From the NCBI GenBank assembly GCA_031424495.1, contig JANPHP010000034.1:28804-92803 (forward strand): DNA of 64,000 nt. The letters run 5' to 3'. Under the pieces are notes generated by a model. That model was not told where the DNA came from. It saw only the letters and a program-made list of their open reading frames with translations, and ran no database searches. Numbering within the stretch: position 1 is the first letter of the stretch; the number at the start of each line of letters is the position of its first letter. Shown in pieces: positions 56,879-64,000 of the stretch. This DNA is from Bacteroidota bacterium. Its GTDB lineage: Bacteria > Bacteroidota > Bacteroidia > J057 > JADKCL01. The position numbers and the translations under genes are program-made.

Positions 56879-58150
56879 TTGAATAGTATCCCGATGAAAA
56901 TCACTTTCCTTCTGCTGCTACTTTTCTGCCTGACTGGCTTTCGCCTTTTTGCGCAGTCGGATACACCTTGCAATGCGCCGATCATGACCGTGAGCGCCGA
57001 CAGTTGCCACTATGCCTGGGGCACTACGGTCGGGGCGCAATACCAAAATGACACCGCCAATGGCCTGAGCCCGGCCTGTGCTTCACCAGGCGCAGCCGAT
57101 GTTTGGTACCGTTTCATCGTGCCGCCGAGCGGTGCGGTTGCTATCACCACCTTGGAAGGCACGATTACCGACGGCGGCATGGCCTTGTACAGCGGTCCCT
57201 GCTCGGCCCCACAATTTGTACAATGCGAGGACGACAATGGCGTGAACATGATGCCTGTCATCGATCGTTCAGACCTCACGCCCGGCGACACGATGCTGGT
57301 GCGCGTTTGGTATGGCTGGCACCCCAACACGACCGGCACATTCAGGATTTGTTTCGTAGAGTCCAACTCTGACTGTGTCGTCGCCACGCCGCTCTGCCAG
57401 GAAAGGTATTATTACACCCACGCCTACGGGCCTGGCTCCCACCTCGACGCGAATGGCACGCAGTGCGATATCTATGAATACCAGTCCCAATGGTTCAAAT
57501 GGAAGATTTTGACATCGGGCACGCTCTCGTTCACAATTTTGCCCGACTCGATCGGCCCAGCAAACTGGCCTGACTGGGACTGGCTTTTGTACCAGACCAC
57601 AGATTCCATCTTCTGCACGCATTTCGTGGGCGGCAATCAGCCCTTTGCCTGCAACGGCAGTTCATCGGCAGGTCCTTATGGGGCCACTGGCCTGAACGCC
57701 ACGGGTACAAGCAATAGCGTGCCCGCAGGACCTGGAAATCCCTATTGCCCGCTGATCAATGCCGTAGCTGGCGAGTATTATTATCTCATGCTCAACAACT
57801 TCAACGTCTCCTCTTCTGGATTCAGAATCCATCTCGGTGGCTCTGCGGTCTTGGATTGTGATATTGTAAATCCGCCGACGGCTGTCGTCGCGCAGCAGCC
57901 CATTTCCAAAGTGGTGGTGTCTCCCAATCCTGCAAACGATTGGGTATCGATCACCGTGAATGGCCTCACAAACGATGACCATCCCGCTTTACGCATCGTC
58001 GATGTGCATGGAAAGTTCGTTCTGGTGGAGACAGCTTTTGAAAACGGCACCTTCCGCATGAATCTGCAAAACTTGGCTCCGGGGATGTATTTCTTCGAGG
58101 TTCGGTCAGATCTGGGCGAATTGCAACGCGGCAAATTTTTGAAGCGTTGA
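56879..58150 (+). CDS. Secreted Cys-rich protein with T9SS C-terminal sorting domain
   Basis: Signal peptide (…LLLLFCLTGFRLFAQS). C-terminal …VSPNPANDWVSITVNGL…GMYFFEVRS… Por CTD. Confidence 0.65.
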   Translation: MNSIPMKITFLLLLLFCLTGFRLFAQSDTPCNAPIMTVSADSCHYAWGTTVGAQYQNDTANGLSPACASPGAADVWYRFIVPPSGAVAITTLEGTITDGGMALYSGPCSAPQFVQCEDDNGVNMMPVIDRSDLTPGDTMLVRVWYGWHPNTTGTFRICFVESNSDCVVATPLCQERYYYTHAYGPGSHLDANGTQCDIYEYQSQWFKWKILTSGTLSFTILPDSIGPANWPDWDWLLYQTTDSIFCTHFVGGNQPFACNGSSSAGPYGATGLNATGTSNSVPAGPGNPYCPLINAVAGEYYYLMLNNFNVSSSGFRIHLGGSAVLDCDIVNPPTAVVAQQPISKVVVSPNPANDWVSITVNGLTNDDHPALRIVDVHGKFVLVETAFENGTFRMNLQNLAPGMYFFEVRSDLGELQRGKFLKR

Positions 58151-58220
58151 TCGATTGAAAGCCGGGCAGACCGCTGCCACAATTGTCTGTCTTTGGTAAG
58201 CCGCCCCAAAATCGTTTTCT

Positions 58221-58895
58221 TTGCGCATGCGTTTGCACAAAGAAGGTCGTTTTCTCATTCCGATCACCATCATCCTCATGGGTGGCATCTGGTCGGCCAT
58301 TTATTTTCCCTTGTTGCATGGCACGGCGGTTTGCTGGCTGGGCATCGTTTTAGCGATTCCCGCGCTGGTCATGATCGGCTTGGTGCTCAACTTTTTCCGC
58401 AATCCGCCTATCCAGGCTACGATCCAAGAAAATGCGATCGTGAGTCCCTGCGACGGCAAGGTCGTCGTGATCGAGGAGATTTACGACCCCGTCTATTTCA
58501 AAGCCAAAGTGCGCCAAGTGAGCATCTTCATGAGCCCGCTCAATGTGCACGTAAACCGCAACCCGATCAGCGGACGCGTGAAATTTTTCAAATACATGCC
58601 CGGCCTCTTCCTCGTCGCCTGGCATCCCAAAAGCTCCACCGACAACGAGATGACCTTCACCGTTTTGGAAAATGAGCGCTGGACAGTCGGCTTCAAACAA
58701 ATCGCCGGCGCAGTCGCAAGGCGCATTTGCTGGTACATCAAGGAGGGCGACACCGTCAAACAATCCGCCGAGATGGGCTTCATCAAATTTGGCTCACGGG
58801 TGGATTTGTTGATCCCGCTGGATGTGGAGATTAATGTGAAGCTTGAGGAGGTCGTGTTTGGTGGCAGGACGGTGATAGCCGTGGGGCGGAATTGA
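58221..58895 (+). CDS. psd: Phosphatidylserine decarboxylase proenzyme
   Basis: PSD family blocks …VSPCDGKV…, …MSPLNVHVNRNP… and the GFIKFGSRVD (G-S-T-type cleavage region) near the C-terminus. Confidence 0.8.
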   Translation: MRMRLHKEGRFLIPITIILMGGIWSAIYFPLLHGTAVCWLGIVLAIPALVMIGLVLNFFRNPPIQATIQENAIVSPCDGKVVVIEEIYDPVYFKAKVRQVSIFMSPLNVHVNRNPISGRVKFFKYMPGLFLVAWHPKSSTDNEMTFTVLENERWTVGFKQIAGAVARRICWYIKEGDTVKQSAEMGFIKFGSRVDLLIPLDVEINVKLEEVVFGGRTVIAVGRN

Positions 58896-59092
58896 GGAGG
58901 GATGAGGGATTAGAAATTAGAAATTAGAAATTGGCGAAGCGGTGGGGCGGAATTGAGGGGTAGTGAAGCGGTGGCCTCCGGCCACACGCTGATCGAGGTG
59001 ACGCCTCTGGCGTCGGAGGTTGGTAGCGGGCGGAGGCCGATGTGTTTGCCTCCATTGCAATAGCTACTCAGCAGCACATTGACCCACCCAAT

Positions 59093-59650
59093 TCACCCAG
59101 TGATATAAACCCGCAGCGCCCCCGCCAAGGGGTGCTTTGCAAAAGCCTGCACCATGCAGTGTTTGAAAAAGTGGAATTGCCGGCCATACTCCTCCATGAT
59201 GATCTTCCCTTCCATGGAAAGCATGATGTGTTTGTATGAAATTCTCACTTTGGGCCTGAAATCCTTCTTGAAATAAAGCGTGTCGCCGTGGCCGTACCGA
59301 TCTTCTTGCAAGGAATAGAAGTATTTTCCCTCAGCCAATGCGAGCCATGTGGAGGGCTCAGTCGTTCTCAATCGGGTCAGCACCTTCCCATAGCCGTCTT
59401 CGCTATCCTCGTCATAAACGAATGGATAGAATTCCTCCAGAAACGGGAGCAATTGTGCCTGCAAGACATCCTGCTTCAAATTGAATATCAATCCATTGGC
59501 CGTTTCCTGCATCTCATACAGTTGAGGATGGAAATGCAACTGCCTTTCCATCTCGGCGAGCAATTCAGGAGCGGTGATATTCCCTTGTCCCAACTCCTTT
59601 TTGGAGACATTGGCCACGGTCACGAGGCCGATTGCGAGATATTGTCCCAT
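59093..59650 (-). CDS. Hypothetical protein
   Basis: 185-aa ORF with coding-like composition. No recognisable domain. Confidence 0.45.
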   Translation of the reverse strand: MGQYLAIGLVTVANVSKKELGQGNITAPELLAEMERQLHFHPQLYEMQETANGLIFNLKQDVLQAQLLPFLEEFYPFVYDEDSEDGYGKVLTRLRTTEPSTWLALAEGKYFYSLQEDRYGHGDTLYFKKDFRPKVRISYKHIMLSMEGKIIMEEYGRQFHFFKHCMVQAFAKHPLAGALRVYITG

Positions 59651-59705
59651 GATTTTTGGTGTTTTATGGGTGCCGAAAACGATTGTAAAAATAGGAAGAA
59701 TGACT

Positions 59706-60002
59706 TCAAATGATCGTCCATTGCTGCTTCCACTTGGGTAGGATAGCATGGATCACGATTGAGTCTAGACGTGGTTCATAGACGATATCGTAGTAGTCAT
59801 TGAGGAGAAATCTTCTTATCCTTTTGCGATCTGGGTTTGCCATCCCAATCAGTGGAAAGTGCTGTATCAATGACAATTGGTCTGCCAACCTCTTCTTCAG
59901 CTGATCAACGCCACGCCTTCCGTCCCTGCCCATGACCTGAAGCTTCATCGCTTGAATATCTTCGCGTGCAGCATTGGTCCAAACGACTTTTGAAATATAC
60001 AT
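59706..60002 (-). CDS. ParE/RelE-family type II toxin
   Basis: 98 aa. Start overlaps the upstream antitoxin stop by 1 nt. …RRFLLNDYYDIVYEPRLDSIVIHAI.. resembles ParE family. Confidence 0.6.
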   Translation of the reverse strand: MYISKVVWTNAAREDIQAMKLQVMGRDGRRGVDQLKKRLADQLSLIQHFPLIGMANPDRKRIRRFLLNDYYDIVYEPRLDSIVIHAILPKWKQQWTII

Positions 60003-60232
60003 CAGAGGCTATCCAATACGTCTTCATTGGAGATAAATTCACCTCTATCTGCAGCCAGAATACTCTCATCGATGCGCTTTTTTTGCTCATCTGAGAGAGC
60101 AGCCCACCAATTGTCGTTGGAAACTGGCTCGGCACTTTCCAAGATCTCAAATATCCGAGTGAGCCAAGCCTCGTTTTCTGCGTGGCGGTCGATGATGGCA
60201 TGAAGCCTGTCTTTCATCTCGATTGTAGACAT
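60002..60232 (-). CDS. Type II antitoxin (addiction-module component)
   Basis: 76 aa from MSTIEMKDRLHAIIDRH…. Immediately upstream of and overlapping the toxin. Confidence 0.55.
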   Translation of the reverse strand: MSTIEMKDRLHAIIDRHAENEAWLTRIFEILESAEPVSNDNWWAALSDEQKKRIDESILAADRGEFISNEDVLDSL

Positions 60233-60338
60233 ACAAAATCTATTGCTTGATCGAAGATAGGGATTTTTTGGGGAAAGGGCAAGGTCGGGGCAGCGTTGAG
60301 GAAACGGGGGCCGGACATGATGCTGATCCCCCACCTTT

Positions 60339-60617
60339 TCAATTCCCAGGCTGCATCGCCCGCTCGGTGACCGCAGTGGCCATCGCTTGGGCGGCCTCGA
60401 TAGTGGCCCCATCAAAGAGCGATTCCTTGAGCAATTCCAGCAAGTAATAAAAACCGCTCGCGGCTTTGCCGTCCAGTTCCAAGGCATCGCCCTCGGGCAC
60501 CGCCACAAACACCGCTTGTAGCGCCTCGATGATACCCGCCTGCATGGCACCCAAAGTCGCACCCGGCGTAGGGGTCGCGATGGTGATGACGATCTGATTT
60601 TCTTGTAGTGCTACCAT
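60339..60617 (-). CDS. Small hypothetical protein (MVALQENQIVITIATPTP...), paralog of 33108..33332
   Basis: Shares N-terminus and overall layout with the 33108 product. Divergent to an HTH-XRE gene. Confidence 0.5.
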   Translation of the reverse strand: MVALQENQIVITIATPTPGATLGAMQAGIIEALQAVFVAVPEGDALELDGKAASGFYYLLELLKESLFDGATIEAAQAMATAVTERAMQPGN

Positions 60618-60682
60618 ATCAAATTCTATTGGCGTTCTATATATAGTACGACCAATCTACGGAAGTATTTCTAAATCGGTGC

Positions 60683-60928
60683 ATGGCTTTGGAAAAAAGT
60701 GACAAACTACCCGTCGCATTTGGCAATCGGGTAAAGGAGATCAGAACTGCTATGGGACTCAACAGGCAGGAACTAGCCAGTCGCCTCAACATCGAACGCA
60801 TCCAATTGATTTTGATCGAAGACGGAAAGATCAACACATCCCTCCAAATGGCCTACGGATTGGCCAAGGTGTTTGAAATGTCGCTGAGTAGACTGATGGA
60901 TTTTGAGGTGGGGGAAGAGGGGTTGTAG
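60683..60928 (+). CDS. HTH XRE-family transcriptional regulator
   Basis: FGNRVKEIRTAMGLNRQELASRLNIERIQLILIEDGKINTSLQMAYGLAKVFEMSLSRL: Cro/C1 HTH. Confidence 0.65.
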   Translation: MALEKSDKLPVAFGNRVKEIRTAMGLNRQELASRLNIERIQLILIEDGKINTSLQMAYGLAKVFEMSLSRLMDFEVGEEGL

Positions 60929-61397
60929 GGGCGGGGGTTTTTGACGGGGGAATCCCGGAAAAACAAGCTCAAGAACTCCTTTCGTGAGGTGCGACAAATT
61001 CAGCGTGGGGCACGGGTCGGGCAAACTTTAGATGCGTTTTTGAGAGTGGATTGCTGAGCACCTGGCAGCAAACCTACCTTGGAGATGGTCACTCGTGCGG
61101 TGCTCAAGTGGCTGATCGCGGAGGCGAATGGTGAGTTGCATGAGGAGCGGCGGCGATCATGCTAGGCATTTTCTTTAATTATTCCATGCAGGCGGGTTTG
61201 AGGATAATCGCAGCACCCATATGAAACGAATCACCACGCCTTGCCAAGTGCCACAAATACTCCTATGATTGCAGGCGCATAGCAGTTTTCTAAAAGGCCC
61301 CAAATTGATTCGGCAGTTGAACTTTTGGAATAGATGCCCCCTCACAACTTAGCCCTCAACCTCCCCTCAGGCCATCAGCAAAATCGGCCAAAAACAC

Positions 61398-61787
61398 TCA
61401 CTGAATGCTGAGCATACTGCTTCTGAAATCAATACAAAGCTTGTGATCCTCAAAAAAATCCAACCCCAACAAACCATCAAAATCTGTGATCAGGTGGTAA
61501 GAGAGGAAGTCATAAGCACAGACCTCGAAGTTTTTGCGGTGAATGCCAATGGCCCGCAACTCTCCGACTTCAAAAATGTAGGTATCAATGACGCCACTTG
61601 CGGTTTCCAGCTGTACGATTCCTTTTGATTGGCTGATTTCATAGCCCGCGATGAGCAATGGTGTCAGGTCGATCACGGTATGTGACGCGCCAGTATCCAG
61701 CCCCAAGGCAATGTCGTGGCCGTCGAGTTCGGAGTTGACTATGATCAAGCTCTCATTCGTCTGCCGCCTAAACGGTTGCTGCCTCAT
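61398..61787 (-). CDS. Retropepsin-like (clan AA) aspartic protease
   Basis: Single-lobe ~130 aa with catalytic DTGAS motif (LGLDTGASHTVI) and a downstream hydrophobic-hydrophobic-Gly region (LLGLDFF). Confidence 0.65.
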   Translation of the reverse strand: MRQQPFRRQTNESLIIVNSELDGHDIALGLDTGASHTVIDLTPLLIAGYEISQSKGIVQLETASGVIDTYIFEVGELRAIGIHRKNFEVCAYDFLSYHLITDFDGLLGLDFFEDHKLCIDFRSSMLSIQ

Positions 61788-62044
61788 AACAAAAACAGCC
61801 GATTTTGCGGAATCTCTCCCGTGTAGACACATGCCGTCCGTTCAAAGCCAGCCTTGACATCCTTCGCACGGTAGCCGATCTCTCGTTTGTCTTTGCTTGC
61901 CAGCAATACCACCCCGCGCAGCAGCTTACTCACGATGCTACCCAATGTGTTGGGATCGTCCAATTCGGGATTGCCCACCAGCACCCACTGGTCGGGATAA
62001 GCCTCACGGATTTGAGCCATCGTCAATACTGTATTCATAGACAA
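61784..62044 (-). CDS. Small hypothetical protein co-transcribed with retropepsin-like protease
   Basis: 86-aa ORF whose stop overlaps the protease start (4-nt overlap). Confidence 0.45.
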   Translation of the reverse strand: MSMNTVLTMAQIREAYPDQWVLVGNPELDDPNTLGSIVSKLLRGVVLLASKDKREIGYRAKDVKAGFERTACVYTGEIPQNRLFLL

Positions 62045-62156
62045 GGTTTTGTATGCAAATATAGAACAGCTGGAGGAAAATAGGAAGATCGAAGATGGAT
62101 CGATGGGCTATCGGGGCACAACAATCTGAGGCTTGGACCAGGAAGTTCAAGCCCCC

Positions 62157-63755
62157 TCACAACTTAGCCCTCAACCTCCCCCACACATCCTTCACAAACC
62201 CATTCGCATCCGGGATCACCTTCAGTGCCCAAGTCAGCGGCAAAAACAGCAACAAAAAGGCGCCGTAGCCGACTACGGTGCCCCAGATGCCGGGGACGAT
62301 GCTGTAGAGCAGGTAAAAGACGGCGTAGGAGACCGCTGTCACGAGGGTGATGTTGATCATGCCGTTGGAAAAGGGATGGAGGCCCAGCCGTACCCAGAGG
62401 AAGCCGATGCGGAAAAGGTTGCTCAATGCCAGCGCGATCGCGGTGGCCCAGGCTGCGCCCTCGATGCCATAGACGGGGATCATGACGACGTTGAGGATGG
62501 TGGCGAGGATCACCATCGCGGCATTCATGAGCAGGTCCAAGCGGTAATATTTGGAGGTGAGCATGATGTAGCCGTTCAGGCCGGTGAGCATGTCTAAGAC
62601 ACGCGTCGCTCCCACGATCCACAAGACGACGATGCCCTCGCGGTAGCCCTTGGGCATGACGAGAAACATGAATTCGTTGAGGCAGACCATCGAGAAAAAG
62701 AGGAATAGCCCCACGCCGAGGTTCATCAGCGAGGTGCGCCGATAGAGCGCCTGCATGCCGAGCATGTCGTTGTTTTTCCAAAAGGCGGCAACTTTGGGGG
62801 CTGAGACTTTCTGGATCGCCCGCCAGGGGATCATGATCAATGCCGTGACATAAAAACAGGTGGTGTAGATGCCTACCGCATCCATGCCGAGGTAGCGGGC
62901 GAGCATGAGGCTGTCGATGTTGTAGAGGATGATGGCCGAGATATTGCCCATGAGGGTGAATCCGCCGAAGACGAGCACCTTGCGGGCGAGCTGATTCACG
63001 CGCCAAGTGCGCTGCGGCTGCAGGTGCAGGTGCCCGAGCCACCACGTGTAGAGCACCATGAGCAGGGTCACGCTGCTGAGCAAGGCTACATAAATCAAGA
63101 CAAACTGCGGAAAGGTGATCAGGTCCAAGGCATACAAAAGGATGCTCAAGGCGACGAAGATGCGCTGTATGATTTCGCGAAAGAGCACGGGCACCACGGT
63201 CTTCATGAGCGACCGCAGGTAGGCATCAAACAGGTCAAAGTACAGCGTGGCCAGCGCCAGCGGGATCAAATACCAGAAATACTCGACCATCAGCGGCGAC
63301 TTATCCTGGAAATAGTCAAAGATCTGGATCTGAAACACGAGGACGAGGAAACTCACGACGAGAAACCCGATGGTCGGCACGGCGAGCAGCCAAAAGAGGA
63401 AGTTGTGGTGCTTGCGGTCCTTGTCTTGAAAGTAGGGAAAGAAACGCAAGGTCATCGTGCTGAATCCCATTGCCGAGAGATTGGCCCAGAGCATGGCATT
63501 GGTCACGAGGATGTTGGCGAGGCCCACCTCCTCTTCAGAGAGGTAGTTGGTAAACAGCAGGATCTTGTTTACAAAGCCGATCACGGCTCCAGCGTATTGG
63601 AGCACAGAGGACTGTATGCTTTGACGAATGATGACTCCCAATGCGCGGAAATGATATTGAAGACAAACTTCGCCGTTTTGAGCGGATTGTGGAACACTTT
63701 TATCTATGTGGGCCGATTTTTGGGGATTCTTAACGATTTGGGGAGCCCGCGGCAT
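62157..63755 (-). CDS. MOP-superfamily polysaccharide/oligosaccharide flippase (Wzx-like)
   Basis: 12-14 TM helices. N-terminal …SSVLQYAGAVIGFVNKILLFTNYLS… is typical of polysaccharide biosynthesis protein family. Start uncertain. Confidence 0.7.
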   Translation of the reverse strand: MPRAPQIVKNPQKSAHIDKSVPQSAQNGEVCLQYHFRALGVIIRQSIQSSVLQYAGAVIGFVNKILLFTNYLSEEEVGLANILVTNAMLWANLSAMGFSTMTLRFFPYFQDKDRKHHNFLFWLLAVPTIGFLVVSFLVLVFQIQIFDYFQDKSPLMVEYFWYLIPLALATLYFDLFDAYLRSLMKTVVPVLFREIIQRIFVALSILLYALDLITFPQFVLIYVALLSSVTLLMVLYTWWLGHLHLQPQRTWRVNQLARKVLVFGGFTLMGNISAIILYNIDSLMLARYLGMDAVGIYTTCFYVTALIMIPWRAIQKVSAPKVAAFWKNNDMLGMQALYRRTSLMNLGVGLFLFFSMVCLNEFMFLVMPKGYREGIVVLWIVGATRVLDMLTGLNGYIMLTSKYYRLDLLMNAAMVILATILNVVMIPVYGIEGAAWATAIALALSNLFRIGFLWVRLGLHPFSNGMINITLVTAVSYAVFYLLYSIVPGIWGTVVGYGAFLLLFLPLTWALKVIPDANGFVKDVWGRLRAKL

Positions 63756-64000
63756 CCTGCCGCAGGGCTATCGACCTTGCGGCCTCTGGCCGCCGGATGC
63801 TAGAAATCTTGATCATCTTGCACAATCGGCTTGTGTTGGGTCGACGTTCGGCTCACGCCCCATAGGCGTACCGTCTTTGATCGGGCGGCTGTAGAATAAT
63901 ACCTGACTGGAACTCCTATCAATATTTTGGACATGTGATGACGCTGTAAAGGCGGCACCTACGGCGCGCGTGTTTCTTTCGGCATCCTAGCCGGACGCTG

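Noticed and set aside
62164-63045. 293-aa alternative-frame ORF within the Wzx-like flippase
   Set aside because: Frame-shifted overlap. The product is Arg/His/Pro-rich and not membrane-like.
1-64000. Alternative genetic code (TGA as sense) as explanation for the flotillin in-frame TGA
   Set aside because: All other long conserved genes in the window terminate normally and have expected lengths under the standard code.

Overview
This 64 kb window reads as a chromosomal segment of a Bacteroidota genome. The evidence is several proteins with T9SS/Por C-terminal sorting domains, relaxed lipoprotein signals, DUF4160/DUF2442/Uma2-type accessory genes, and GC-rich coding sequence. The first ~49 kb is mostly housekeeping: serpin, NlpC/P60, hflX, degP, tyrS, purM, mlaE, hsp20, aspS, lpdA, tadA, tRNA-Ser(GGA), transporters and OmpA/OMP proteins. 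It is interrupted by a bacterial class C group II intron inserted just after the aspS terminator, a small islet of HTH-XRE/DUF4160/DUF2442 genes, and a family of GAATTCTG-rich intergenic repeats. The last ~14 kb (49.7-62.1 kb) is accessory: two ParE/RelE-type toxin-antitoxin loci, two paralogous Uma2-family endonuclease genes, sugar-modification genes, and a retropepsin-like protease. The two Uma2 paralogs bracket the most interesting locus, at 51.38-53.31 kb. There, three tandem small genes encode signal-peptide-bearing peptides whose extreme C-termini carry a conserved CPxCG(M/K)G motif. A DUF692 (multinuclear non-heme iron oxidase, MbnB/ChrH-like) enzyme with an extra C-terminal extension follows directly. 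Together these look like a compact, apparently uncharacterised RiPP biosynthetic cluster. Other notable features are a flotillin-like gene split by a single in-frame TGA, tandem OMP paralogs, a six-hairpin intergenic RNA-like element, and phased palindromic repeats upstream of hsp20.
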